Made by a program: the position numbers and the translations under genes. The notes under the pieces were generated by a model that saw nothing but the letters and a program-made list of their open reading frames with translations, was not told the origin of the DNA and did not search any database. DNA of 64,000 nucleotides, taken from contig NC_045696.1 of NCBI RefSeq assembly GCF_009834535.1, forward strand, positions 38,814,001 through 38,878,000. Direction: 5' to 3'. Shown here piece after piece: positions 39,031 through 52,685 of this stretch. Each line of letters begins with the position of its first letter. Positions within the stretch are counted from its first letter, which is position 1. Source of the stretch: Camelus ferus (Eukaryota).

Positions 39031-41159
39031 GGAAGAAATTAAAAGCATATTAGAAATTTAAATTTTGAGCATAATATTTTTTTACATAAACTTGTGTGTG
39101 TTCATTCAGTTCATGATTCTGTTGCTTGCAGAGGCTCTTTAAACTCCTCAAATATCTGATGCTCTGATCTGTTTTGAATTAAAAACTACATTACAAATAA
39201 AGAAGAAGAATATGCTGAAACAGAGTTGGTATGATATTCACCAAGCTCATCAGTTGATACTGACTGGGAAAGGGATGAAAAGGAGCTAATATATTTTATA
39301 CTATGTAGTTCTGTATAATTTGAATCCTTTTTTTTGAAAAACTGTATGACACATGTAATTTTAAAAATATACTTGGCCTCTATAACCATAAGGTTTGTTA
39401 CAGCCATCATATAAAGCCTGGCAAGCTCATATTTATATGCCAAGTAGTTGAAAGTTTAGGGTAACTGATTCCAGAGATGTGAGCAGCATCACACACGGAC
39501 TCTCAGGCACTGACAGCAGCCACATTGTTCCTTAATCATGGGCAGCCCATCTAATTCGATGATTTAAATTTCCTTCTTACGTAGACTATTTCTCAGATCA
39601 CCTAGTAGGCTATGAGGCAATTGCCAACCCTCCTGTACATCTTCGGTCTATCAGTGGAAGGTGAATAATGTGATGAAAACCATCCTGACTTTAAACAGTT
39701 GAAGGAAAAGAGATGATGTGAAATGTTTCGACTCTGATCCCTCAGTAGATCGTTTTTCAGAGTACCATTGGAAGCTGAAAGTAAGATGATTTAAGGAAAG
39801 TAAATAATTCCCAGGGATTCATATGGCTATCTAGAAGTGTTAGTATTTACAACCAACCTGAAGCATGCACTTTTTTATTAAACTGACCCTTCCAGTTATT
39901 GACATAAAGAGCAGACAATGTCTCTCTGTATTGCCATACAATTTTATAATGCTGAGCAAGTAATGTCTCAGTTTCCTCTGTAGACAATGACTCCTCGCTG
40001 CTCATCTTGAAAATCCTTTTACAGAAGTAATGATCTCCCTATTAAATTGTGGTTGAATCATTTGTGCTCAATAGAGGGTGCATTTAGTTCAAGCAGTGCA
40101 TTTTCCAGCAGCGTGAACACTCACACGGAGGCCCACTGTGCACAGTGCACATGTCACATGGCTATTTTTCCAGAGAAGGACACTGAAAATCTATCTAAGA
40201 GCTCATTTTCCTCTTGATCTGTCATCTGTATACTCTGTGGACAGCTTGTCTGTCACTCCTCACTTGTTCAAAACAAAATGCATTCTCCCATATTGGACTG
40301 TAGGAATTTATAAACACGGAGATGACTCTGCTATTTACAGCTCAAATGTAACAACTGTCAGCAACTGACTGTAACCTGACTACATCTTAATAACAAACAA
40401 CAAAATCTTCCCTTCCATTTCAAGTGCATTCTTAAAAGTTTTATAGAAACTGTCTGTAGTACTTTCCCAGGTATCATTTTTATTGGCTATATATGCATTT
40501 TGTAGTCAGAAACCATTAGAAAAAGTGTTTCCCCTTTAAGGAAAAAAAAGAGGTCTTAGAATACTTTCAAATCATAATTTTTAACTAGGCTAAATTCTCC
40601 TAATGTCAGTTAACTCAGCCTTTATTGACACCATGCTCTTGTGAACATGTACGGTTTTAATTGCATTAAGGTGCTATTTTAGTTCCTGACTATTGTGTAA
40701 AAAGGTAGTCTGCCTTCTATCACTACACTTTCTCTGATATATGCAGCAACATTCATTTAACAAAGATAGCGCCTGGTAATAACTGTTATTGGGAAAAATT
40801 ATAGAAAATAAACAGCATAATAGCCCCCAATACATTAGTGCAGATGTAGTAACTATAAAAGGATAATCAGATCACCCTCTGAGGTATTTAGTTGCTTTTC
40901 ATATTTGGACCAGAATTAAAGCAATGAAAAATGAAACTTTATAATTTTACAGAGAGGAGAGTCTAGCTGGCAAGAAAATAGCCTGTCACAGTTTAATATG
41001 CAGCTTTCTAGCTTATTAAAAATTTTTTTTTCTGGGTTCTGAATTCCCTGAAGCATTGTCAGCCCAGGAGCAAAGTAGCCTGAGGGTTGATTAATTTAGG
41101 TGCTCACCAACCCCACAAAAGGCCTTAGATACTTCTTTCCATATTACTGCTCTGCCCCT

Positions 41160-41480
41160 CTGTGTTCAGCTTAGCTCTTTTCCTGATTGCAAGATAGCCA
41201 AGACAGGTCTAGTCATCTCATCCAGACTTGTCTAGGATGAGAAAGAGGAGTTGTTCACTAAGCATTTATGGAAGCACCTCAGCTGACTTCCGCCCACTTC
41301 ACAGTGGCCAGTGCCCATTCCTACATGAGCCGCAGGCAAGGAGAAACCATTACCACCAATGGTTTTGTGAATATAATTATGTGGAATATGGTGGGTTACC
41401 CAACACAATCCTAGTTCTACTCAAAAAGAAGAAAGAGTTTGGTGAGTCATTATTGGATAGACATTTAAAAATATCTGCTA
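41160..41480 (-). mobile_element. Ancient MLT1 (J/K-like) LTR fragment
   Basis: gcaagatagcca...cagctgacttcc...gcaaggagaaaccattaccacca...caacacaatcctagttcta. Confidence 0.5.
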
Positions 41481-41669
41481 CTCCCCAGGTTTACTTCTTG
41501 TTTATGTATATATATGTTAACCTCTCCATGAAAATTATGCTGCCTGATTATGGGTCCTGCTTTATGTGCATTTGTATCTTCGAAGCATGTTAAATATTCA
41601 GCAAATACTTCTCAATGAATGGATGGATGAATGAATATAAGAACAAATATTTAATCCATAAGAATAGAA

Positions 41670-42652
41670 AAAAATTACTGTGAAGTTAACAAAGCTTAAG
41701 TTTTAGTGGTCTCTTGTCAGAACCTAAGAAGAGCTATAGAAATGTGTTCTTATGATCATCTAGTATAAAATTTGTTAAAGTAAGATATTTTAACAGCAGT
41801 TGGTTCAAATCGCTGACTCCAGTCGACTGACTTGTCCTCCATCACATTTCTCCCAGTGCTGGAATGACCATGAGCATTTTGGGAATTCAGTTATCAGAAA
41901 GTTGAGTTGGGGATACATTTATTTTTAGTTCGGTGGAATATATTCATGTGTTTCTCAGTCATTTCCATGTATAGTTACAAGTAGCCACCTGGTATAGGAA
42001 TGCCTTCCAGAAATACCCCTCCACCCACCATGCTGAATCATTGCAAGAGGATACGAAGGTGCGGGGCCAGAAGCATTAATGTGATTGAACACACCGTACT
42101 CAGCCCTGAAAAAATGTTACTAGTGAAGGAGAAGCAAGGATTGAAAGGGAGGGTGCCAGAAACTGGTCAGTTTAAAATTTTTTCAATCGGCTATAGAAAA
42201 TTATAATTAGAGGAGTCAGTTCTTATCAAGGTCCAACAGAAACAGAATATCTCTCCTGTCAAAAATATTTTTGATAGTGCAGTTATATAATTTTAAAAGC
42301 ACTATAACTTTTTTCACTTTTAATGGGTATTGCATGAAACAGATATCAATTCCTGTTTGTAGGAAGCAAATCTGTAACAATACTGAAAACAGCAAGTTTG
42401 CCTATAAGAGCTAATATATTAAACTTGATAGGTTTTTCCAAATTTAGCAACCCTCATAAAAATTTACATGGTATCACCCATAAAAAATTATGAAGCGGAA
42501 AGAAACTTTTCTAAACTAATAATAAAACCAAATTTTGACCCAGCATGATAGGAGAAGGACTGAATTTCCTTTGTATTTTCTTTATAGAAAATTATGTTAT
42601 AAAACTGTTGTCAGATGAAGAAGTGAGCAAAGTTACTCAGCCACAAATGCAG
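41670..42652 (+). mobile_element. Zaphod/MER115-like hAT-Tip100 transposon remnant
   Basis: Left end ctgtgaagttaacaaagcttaagtttt; from 42432 reads VFPNLATLIKIYMVSPIKNYEAERNFSKLII (hAT C-terminal dimerisation motif). Confidence 0.75.
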
Positions 42653-42689
42653 CCAGTGGGTACCCCGTTCCAGTGAAGCAACAGCCTAA

Positions 42690-43300
42690 AATAAGAATGA
42701 TAGCTAGTTCCTACTGAATGCTTTCTTAAGGATGTTGCACATGTTTACTTCTTTATTTACAACAACTCAGTGAAGTTACCATATCAGCAGGATGGGCAAT
42801 GTTATACAGAAGTAGCATATAACCCCCCAAACCTCAGTGGCTTGATACAATAAAGGTTTATTTCTTGCTCACTCTTTATATCCTGTAGCTAGAAATTGTG
42901 CTTTATATGGTTGTCACATAAAGACAATATGGCAGCGCTTCCACCGTCTGGAATATCTCCAGTCACTGGAACAAGGAGAAAGGGAATGACAGATACACAT
43001 GGACTCTTAAAAGCTTTGACTGGAAGTGACACCCACCATTTCTATGTAGATTTTGTTGACCAAGGCACGTCACATGGCTGTGCCTAACTTCAAAGAAATG
43101 GGCAAAAACAATCTATCCTAGAGGGAGAAGAACAGATACTTGTAAACAGCCAATAATGACTTTAACAGGTACTGTTATCACTAAGTGACATATAGGAAAA
43201 CTGAAGCATGCAAAAAAGTAAGTAACTAGACAAATATCATAGAAATAATAAAATGTAAGGCTAAGCTTCAAATGCAGGCTCCAGCGTCCACAAGCTTAAC
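42690..43300 (-). mobile_element. MIR split by an MLT1 LTR
   Basis: MIR pieces ~42690-42779 and 43168-43300 (gacatataggaaaactgaagc...aagtaagtaact). Confidence 0.6.
42780..43167 (-). mobile_element. MLT1 (I/J-like) solo LTR
   Basis: aaacctcagtggcttgatacaataaaggtttatttcttgctcac...gtcacatggctgtgcctaacttcaaag; TSD-like gttac/ggtac. Confidence 0.8.
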
Positions 43301-43694
43301 CTTTGGGCTTCTACCTCCTTGGATGTACATTCTTTGGTAAATTCCTAAGCCCTGAAATAGCAAAAGGCATGACCCCAAGCACTATGCCCTTGCTGAACAA
43401 TTATGACAAGTAATACAGTTAAGATCCCTGCATTTTCTAGTTTAACGAGCAACATAGTTCAAGTTCTCAATCATCCTGCTCATTCAATAAATATTTCTGA
43501 AACACATTCAGAAGTTATAAATGAATAGTTATTCGTTTATAATAAATTGTCACATCAGTTTCGTGTAGAAAAATAAGGGGAGGAAACTCCTGTAACTTTG
43601 GAGGAATTATCCAATGTTACATCATTACAGCTGTTATGATCCCTACTGGACATCTAACAGCTGTAATGATTCATTGCCAATGATCAATAGCTTG

Positions 43695-43900
43695 CCTTTC
43701 CTACCTCCCCTCCTTCCTTCCTACCTTCCCTCCTTGCTTTCTTCCTTCTCTCCCTCTTCCCATACTTCCTTCCACCTTCTCTTTCACAAAAATATATTGC
43801 ATTTTTCTATGACAGGTATTTGGAACTGGAGAGAGAAACAGGAATAGAAAGATCTAGTCCCTATGGCACTCACAATCACAGCCATAAATGAGATGCATAA
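43695..43900 (-). mobile_element. LINE-2 3' end with CT-rich expanded tail
   Basis: (ccttc)n tract then caaaaatatattgcatttttctatgacagg...gtccctatggcactcacaatc. Confidence 0.5.
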
Positions 43901-45104
43901 ATGCAATACAAGATTCAAGGAGATACACTGAAAGTCTCGGAAATTCAAACTCCACACATATGCCTGATTTTATAGGCGCAGAACCAGACTATAATTTGCC
44001 AGGATATATTTATTACAGCTCTCATCATGAATTTATTAACATTCTCTCTAATGCATAAGACCTTTTGGCTTCATTCACTGGTATGTTTATAGCTGACATG
44101 CACTATCTTTCCTGGCTTTTGTACCCACATTTGTTTACAGTGACACATGGTGCTATAGCTTTTACCTAGATAAGATTTCAAGTGTTTTCACTGAAATCAC
44201 TCAGAATTATAGTAAAGAGATGCATTTACAACCATCAGGGAATGCTGGCTCTTGGCTTCTGTGTTCTTTGACATCTGTTAGTAAATATCTTACTTCCTTC
44301 ACTGGCTTTAGGGTATACATTGTTTACCTGTGGCGCAGCAGAAAACGTCTCCCATATTTTGTGGGGGGAAATTCTGTGTCTGACTCTTATGGTTCTGAGA
44401 GTTGTTTACAGCCATCTGGTGGAAAGTCTTACTTGTACTTCACCTGCAATGATTTGTGTGTCAGGCTTCTTGTCTCTTATGGTGCATGAAGAGGACAAAT
44501 GAAAGTCCTTTCCCCTGCAATATCTCTCCTGCTCATAAAAGTTGCTTTTCCAAACTTTAATTACTGGCATGATATCCTGTCTCCGCTCTTAGTGTCAGAG
44601 GTCTAATTTTGCTTTCTTGTCCAATTACATCTCTTCAGATGCTTTATGTATTTTAGTCTGTCATAGTTCCTTCACTATAAAGAACAAAGATAACCTTTGT
44701 GTGATGTTTTAGCTGGCTAGTGTCTTATCTCAATCTGTGTCTTCAGTTTTCTGTATAGAAGTACAGGTGGTTGTATATTTGTTAAAATATCATTGGACAC
44801 GGTAGTATAATGTATCCAAAAATGCTAACGTTTTGGGAGAAGTTCAAACTGGGAGCAAGTATTTTGTTTCCTTCTTAGTTGTCAGAGATTGTAATACAAT
44901 AACATCATGAGCATATTCCCTGTTTCAGACTGAGACTGAGGAAGGATACCCAGTTAAGTTATTTTGTACTGTATTCTCTTTTCTGGGTATGAGGTACACC
45001 TCCTTTCTACATAGTTTCTTTTACAGCAGACGCTATATAATTTTGTTGAAACCATTAACATTTTTAGTATGATAGAAAGTTTGGGAAAACAAAACAAATT
45101 AAAA

Positions 45105-45530
45105 AAGAGCTATTTTTGTAGTAATGCCACCTAATAAGCAGCCCTCCAAAAAATATCTCAGTGGTTTCCAACTAGCCTTTATTTCTTATTCATAAGTCTA
45201 CAGGTCAGCTGCCACAGCTCTGCTTAAGATATCAGTGAAGTTCAGGTTTGTTCTTCCTGTCCTGTCTGGGGACCCAGGTTGAAGAAGCAGCAGTTCTCCA
45301 GAGCACGCCCCCTGGTGGTGGAGGGCAGAAGTGCCAGGGTGGCAGCCAAACAAGCCAAGCACGTTAAAGCCCGGGTTGGATATGACATGCTTTACCTCAC
45401 ATTCTGTTGGCCAAGGAAGTCTCGTGCCAAGCTCTGTTAATGAGGCAGGGAAGTACTCTTCACTCCCACTGAACAATGGCCAGCACAGGGAGTGAAGGGA
45501 GACTTGTGACCAAATAATACAGTCTACTGT
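45105..45530 (-). mobile_element. MLT1 (H/I-like) solo LTR
   Basis: atctcagtggtttccaac...tttatttctt...acaggtcagctg...cacattctgttggccaaggaagtc. Confidence 0.75.
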
Positions 45531-46749
45531 AAGTCTCAATTATGACTCTGTCTTCCTCGTATGGAATATGGAAATTGCCAGTGGAAATTTCTGATTGTGT
45601 TTCAATGTACTTTAAGCAAAACCACCTTATTTTGGGGTGGGGGGATTTTTCTTCTGTTATTTGATATGTAGTTTTCTACTTGTCTTTCATGCCTTCAATT
45701 TAGGTCAAAGAGTGATACATGTTCCTACCGTATGCTTTAGAATTGATATAAAACCACCTAGTAATATGGTTCTTTCTCAAATGAAATTATCACTTTAAAA
45801 AAAAACAATAACATATACTTCTACCCACTTCTTTTCTGAATAAGATTATAACTTTTTAAAAAACTAACTTGAGCTTTGGCCCACTTCTAACTGTAAGAAA
45901 GAAATCATCATTTCGTTAAAACAGTAAAGCCCCTTTTATCCACAAGAGAGCCAAACCCTCCTTCCTAAATCATTTAAAATATGTTAATTTTTAAGAATAT
46001 TTTTGTATATTTAAAGTTGTCATTATTCAGTGAGTATACCAAAAATATAGATACCAATGTTATAAATGCTCAATATAGTTTGACCCTTATTTCCTCAGAG
46101 TTCTCCTTCCCTGTGAAATTTGACCTGCCTTGTAATTGCTATAACATTTCATAACTTGAAATAGTAAAAAGATTTAAAAATCTTTGGTTTAGTTTTAGAC
46201 ACTTTAAACTCATAACAGCAGATATCATGTTAAGTAAATGCATCTTGCCAAATATTAGCATCTGCAGATAATGGGAACTTTAGTCGTATGAAACTTCACA
46301 GAATAAAGAGTAAACTTTAGTGTTTGTATTGGAGGTTGGCCAAATGATTTGTGTTCGTTCAAACATCTGTGATGTTCAGCCATTTACAAGTCCCAGTAAA
46401 TGTGGTACAGCCAACAATTTGTCCTTCCAGCGTCGTAGTAAGATATATGTTCAGTTCCATTGACTGAAATCAGTGATGGTCTGAAAAGCATGTTGTTTGA
46501 TTTTGGCTAGATATACAGAGATTAATTTTCTTCTAGAAGCCAGTTTTTGTCTTTTGCATGTGGGCTTTGAGAGATGGCGCCCATGAGGGAGGTGAACAGG
46601 GTCACTGCAGCTGTGACCCCAGCCTGAGGGGGAAGCCTTGCTTGCCCCTTCTGACAGCCTGCTCTGGGCTGCGACTGAGCAGCTAGAAACTCGGAGCCTC
46701 GTTCCAGCAGCTGAGTGAGCCAGTCTTTGTATTGCTGTGGGTTTTTCCC

Positions 46750-48250
46750 AACAACTTTTTTGGATATAATTTATATACCACAAAGCACATTTAAAGGGTA
46801 CAATTCAATGGAGGTTTTTTTTTTCATTTATTTTCAGAGTTGTACAGCTATCACCATAACCTAATTTTAGAACATTTCATTATTCTCAAAAGGAACTCCC
46901 CTACCCATTAGCAGTCTTGACCCATCCTGTTTCCACCGCCTCACAGCCCTAGGCAACCAAATCTACTTTCCATCTCTATATATTTGCCAGTTCCAGACAT
47001 TTCATGCAAATGGGATCATACAACATGGGGTCTTTTGTGACTGGCTTGTTTCACTAAGCATAGTGTTTTCAAAGTTCATCTCTGTTGCAGCGTGAATCAG
47101 TACTGCATTCCTTTCTATTGCCAAGTAATATTTCATTGTATGGATATAGTATGTTTGTTTATCCATTCATCAGTGATGGACATTTGAGTTGTTTTCACTT
47201 TTTGGCTGTTATGGACCATGCCACTGTGAACTGTTGTGTACAAGGTGTTGTGTACAAGGTGTTGTGTGCACGTATGTTGTCAATTCTCTTGGATATACAA
47301 GTAGAAGTGAAATTGCTGTGTCATGGTGGACTGAAAGTCTGTGTTTAACATTTTGAGGAGCTGCCAAACTATTTTCCAAAGTGGATGCACCATTTTACAA
47401 TTCCACCAGCAATGAATGAGGGTCCTAATTTCAATACATCCTTGCCAGCATTGCTATTGTCTGTCTTTTTGATTATAGCCATTCTTGTAGGTGTGATATG
47501 GTATCCCACTATGACTTTGATGGACATTTCCCTAATTAGTAATCATGTAGAGCATCTTTTCATGTGCTTATTAGCCGTTCACGTATCTTCTTTGGATAGG
47601 TAGAGTGTTTTTTAAATTATTATGTTATAGTAGTTCCTTACATATTCTGGATATAAGTCCCTTAAATATATGATCTGTAAATCATATCTTACATTCTGTT
47701 GGTTGTTTTATCACTTTCTTGACGGTGTCATTTGAAACAAAAAATTTTAATTATTATAATGTTGAATTTCTCTGTTTTTCTTTTTATTACTTGTGCTTTT
47801 GGTGTCATGTTTACAAAATCATTGCCTAATCCAAGGTCACAAAGATTTACCACTGTGGTTTTTTCCCTAAGATTTTTTACAGTCTTGGCTTTCACAGTTG
47901 GATCTGTGATCCCCTTTGAGTCAGTTGTTGTCTGTGCGGTGAGGTAGGTGTCTAACTTCACTCAGTTGTCCCACACCTTTTGTTGAAAGACTATTTCTTC
48001 TCGTTGAATTATTGACCCCTTTGTCTAAAATCAACTGACCATAATATTTATTTATGAACATTTATTTTTAGACTCTCAATTCTATTCATTGATCTGTATG
48101 TCTGTTCTTATGACAGTCCCACACTGTCTTGATTAGGATAGCTTTGCAGTGAGTTTTAAAATTCAGTAGTGTGAGTCCACTAACTTTGTTCTTCTTTTCA
48201 AGATTATCTTGGCTTTTGTGGGTCCCTTGCAACTCAACCTGATTCTTAAA
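46750..48250 (-). mobile_element. L1MB-like 3' portion
   Basis: gagttgtacagctatcaccataacctaattttagaacatttca...gatggacatttgagttgttttcac...gagcatcttttcatgtgcttatt; minus-strand ORF 47728-47961 resembles decayed ORF2. Confidence 0.85.
47232..47267. repeat. 14-bp tandem duplication inside the L1MB
   Basis: tgttgtgtacaagg x2.6. Confidence 0.9.
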
Positions 48251-50864
48251 ATCAAAATGGGAAGCTCCTTTTAGCCCATTTTCTTTTTTTGTTCATTTGC
48301 TTTTTTTTTTTTTTGCTTTAATTACACATAGAAAGTCTAGTAAATTATCTCATAAAAGAATGACTTGGGTGTGACTGAGAGAAGAGTTGTTGACTTTATA
48401 AATATACATACATTCACATGCTAAACATCTCTGAGCTTTGGATATTATCATAAAATTCTTGCTTAAGAAAAACTGTATATTTGAATTTCATACTCTAATA
48501 ACTTTTAACACTCAATGCACATGGCAACTTATCTCCTTGCACTAAAATATCCACTGAAGCAATAGTTGTAAACTAACATTGATGTGAGCATGATTGAGTT
48601 TGGGAGGGCACAAATCACATGATATCAGGAGTTTTAGAAAAGGAGAAAATCTACTTCTAACCCCTTCTGTTATTCTTACTTTGACCTTTTAACTCTACAA
48701 ACTTGTTTTGTGAAGAAACATGAATATTTCCTTAAAACCAGAGAAGAGCAGTCATAGAAATAATACACAGAACTGGGAAAATGTTGTTGATGTCATGTTT
48801 TTCCCGACAACCATGGTCTTTCCTTGGATCTGAGTTTATTTTGGTAGCAAAGGTGTTACGAAGAGGCTTTCATAATAGCCCTAAGATTTTAAGGGACTCA
48901 CCTCTCCATTCTTAAGGTAAAAAGTTTATACTATAAAACTTGGAATCCATTGTCAGCACCTTCTTTATTACATAGGACTTGCTTTTTTATTTAGATCGTG
49001 TCCTACTGCCAAGTTTGTTAAAACAGGTCATTTTCATCTGTCTTTCCTCTTCTTGTTCTTAATAGTTACACGAAAGTTTTCTAGCTGAATGTAATTAACT
49101 CTCTTATCCCTTGTGTTCGTCTTTTTCAATGATAGATTATTAAGAATACCTCTGGCATATGTAGTGAAACTTTTGCAAATAATCAGTATTTGATCAGAAT
49201 TTTTAAAGAAGGTGCTTGGAGGGCATTTCAAAAACAAGATTTCGTTGTCATTTTTTTCTGACTCAGGTCTTTTTTATGGTAGAGTTGCCGCAAATGCCAT
49301 CAATCTCAAAAAGGCCATTCTTGTCCTAAACCGATTGACCCTTCAGTGCTGAATCCTCAGCTAGCTCGGGTGTTCTACTGGACCTCGCTGCCATTTTCTG
49401 AATAATTTATGTGATTTACAGTACCTTGTAAAAAGCACTGAAACATCTCCGTGTGTTACTTGTTTGCTTTTGATTTACAGTGACATATTTTCATAGTAGC
49501 GGAAAGTTGCTGGAAAACTTTTTCTGAAACATTATATTTTTCCATTCATCCTCAGATGACTGTGGCTCAGTTATCAGTGACCTCAATTTTCTGCCCTGTT
49601 GTTTTTCAAATTAAAAAATACACGTGGGCAGTCTCTTCACAAAGTCACACATTAAATAGCACTACCCAAGAGATCATTAGTCTGTGTGCATTCTGCCATT
49701 ACCAACGGTTACCTGACCTTTAGAAATAAGGAGAACATTATGAGCATCTACTGAGATATTAAAAGCTGTAATATTATTAATGTTTCTTAGGGTCAGCTGG
49801 AATGTTTACATTGCAGCTGTGATGGTGACTCAGAGAGCGACATGTGTGGTTGGTGAGTGGCCCTTGTCAAGGCGTCATGATGGCTTGATAATAATAAAGA
49901 AGGTAAATGAGGGAAATACTGTCTGGTTCAGTGAGATAGGCATTTGTAAATAAGATTGAGCGCTTACGGAGTGCTCAGTCGGCCCTACACAGAGCATAAG
50001 GAGATGCAGAGGGCCCGCAGTGCGGGTGCCTTATCATTTAAATTAGGCATCTGGGGAAAATACCAAAAAGCATCAACTGAATAAGGAGAGGCATATAAAT
50101 TGTTGGCAGAGAAATTCAGATGTCTGGATCAACAACACCAGTATATGTTGAAATAAAAGTGTTTTCTTTTCAGAAAACTGGAGTAAATAAAACAAATCAT
50201 GCCTAGTCTTCTTCTAAGGAACAATTGTTTTTACTATTTGGAAAATATGATCAGGATGATTTCAGGATGGATGTATACAATCACTGTAATTATTAGCAAG
50301 AGTGATTGCACCAAGGACATATGAACCTTATGCATTTCCATGTTGAGCAGGATTTTGTATGGAAGAAGAAATGATGTTAATAAGATTGTGTATGCTGACT
50401 TAAGACCATTGTTTTCTGGGGGAAGAGCATGTGCTCTAGAGCTGGAGCTCGCACCTCTCCGTTCTTCGATCAAAGAACAAAACTTCATTTTGCTTCAGAA
50501 CTGAAAAAATAAAATTGTTTTCTGAAATCCATGTCTTAGAGCAAGTGTTTAGGCAAACTGAAAAGGCAAAACGTCTATCACAGTGTCCAGTAAGCACTCA
50601 GTAAGTGTTACCTGTTTTCATCGTCATCACTGTTATTATTATTAGTCATCATTATTATTTTCTTCTACCATATGGTTGGGGTTGTGCTCAGTCAAATAGA
50701 CATTGATTTGCATGAAGGCCTCCTTCAAAGGTAACAGAAATAAAGCACTCCTTAATACTCAGCATATTATCCCCATACGTGTACCCTATTGTAGTATTTT
50801 AATTGTAAATGACCCACAATTAATTTTGATTTTTTTTTCTATCAAGCACTGAAATAGTTACCCA

Positions 50865-51040
50865 AAAATCTAGTTTCTAGCCCTACTCTACCCACTCACT
50901 ATTACATGACCTAGAGGAAGTCTTACTCTCTCTAGGCCACAGTTAAAATCAGTGATATTTATGAGTACCTTGCCTAATATTCTGTGGGGTAGCTCAAGGG
51001 GCAAAATTGCTGGAAAACGATTATAATATATGGCATTCAC
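50865..51040 (+). mobile_element. MIR fragment
   Basis: tctagtttctagccctactctacccactcacta...tgacctagaggaagtcttact. Confidence 0.5.
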
Positions 51041-52151
51041 TTTTAATCTGTCCTTGGAAGTCACCTTACTTCTGCCCCAAGCAAGTTCTGCATCTGGTTT
51101 AAGAGCGTCATTTTGCTGAGCAGTACCGCGGGCTGCAGAAACTTCACTGCAGCGTGCGAGGGACATCAAATATTTACTAGGGATAAAAACCTGCCTTAAC
51201 CGTCTTGAAACCAAAAAATGAACTTTTAGAACCTATTCTATAACAGAGAAATAGATCCCTGTTGTCTTCAAACTATCTTTTACTATTTGTAGTGCCTTTG
51301 ACCTTCACGAGAATTCCATAGCAAACGAAGTCAAACTTTCCTCAACTGTTTATCCCTGGGCAGTACCATCTGATATGAATACTATTCCATCAAAGTGCGT
51401 TTTTTTCCTGAGGAAGTCTTGCTTTAATACATCATCAGCATGACAGCCAGTGTATTATACATTACAATAAAACATCCCCAGAGCAAAGGTACATGTGATG
51501 ATGAATTATGCTAATATGTTATTGTCATTATGTTATCAGCACTCAGAGAGTGATTTAGTGAGATACACCATCAGTGAGAGATTATCTGATTTCATATTAC
51601 TCAAGAAATGACTACCATCATGGAAAACCACAGGCAGGTTCAGTTGATTAATAGGGTTGGTGATATTCTAGTGCCAGAACTCATGTATAGTAGTATATTA
51701 AAATGTCCTTTGAAACTGAAAACAAGTTAAAGAGAGATGAGTCCACGAGGTAAGGTTGTAAAAGCACTGTCAATTTTAATATTGTTACTGTAGAGAGAGT
51801 GGATGACTCGGTAGAAACCAAAAGTCATCCTTTGTCCTTCAATCAAACATTTGACACAGACTTAGTTCTGCTTAACTATCTTTAAGAAACCTGAGAACTT
51901 CTTGTAAGAAGCTGTCTGTTGTAAGACTACTGGTTATCCTGTATATTTACATTCTACAGGTGACATTTTGTAATGATACATGCATTATGCCCCAAGTCAT
52001 TGACCAACCAGACGTATCACAAAACAGTTGTTGAGTGACAACTAATTTTTTCAGGATATAAGCTGATCAATTTTGTTACAGCATCCTCTTTTGCACAGAA
52101 TCTTGCACACATTAGGCACTCAAAAGATACTTGCTACATTGAATTAATGAA

Positions 52152-52308
52152 TTTTTTTTTTCTTTTTACTTTTTGGGAAGAGGTAATTAGGTTTTTGTTT
52201 ACTTAGGTAGTTAGTTAGTTGTTTTTAATGGAAGTACTGCAAATTGATCCCAGGACCTCATGCATGTTAGGCATGCACTCAACCACTGAGCTATATACCC
52301 TCCTCCCC
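52152..52308 (-). mobile_element. tRNA-derived camelid SINE (Vic-1-like)
   Basis: Minus strand reads ggggaggagggtatatagctcagtggttgagtgcatgcctaacatgcatgaggtcctgggatcaatttgcagtacttcca...aaacctaattacctcttccc plus A tail; A box at 52283-52293, degenerate B box at ~52241-52250. Confidence 0.85.
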
Positions 52309-52685
52309 AAATTAATAATTTTTTTTTTTTTAGTATTTCTAGGTGAATGATAATTTTATTTTATTTTTTTAAACATTTTTTATTGATTTATAATCATTTT
52401 ACAATGTTGTGTCAAATTCCAGTGTTCAGCACAATTTTTCAGTTATTCATGGACATATACACACTCATTGTCACATTTTTTTCTCTGTGAGTTATCATAA
52501 CATTTTGTCTATATTTCCCTGTGCTATACAGTGTAGTCTATTCTACAATTTTGAAATCCCAGTCTATCCCTTCCCACCCTCCACCCCCCTGGTAACCACA
52601 AGTCTGTATTCTCTGTCTGTGAGTCTATTTCTGTCCTTTATTTACGCTTTGTTTTTGTTTGTTTGTTTGTTTTTGTTTTTGTTTT

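Noticed and set aside
51119..51139. REST/RE1-like site agcagtaccgcgggctgcaga
   Set aside because: Only about 12 of 21 positions match, with mismatches in both CAGCACC and GGACAG cores.
52235..52308. tRNA gene
   Set aside because: Degenerate B box, no complete cloverleaf, SINE-specific 3' segment, A tail and TSD identify it as a SINE.
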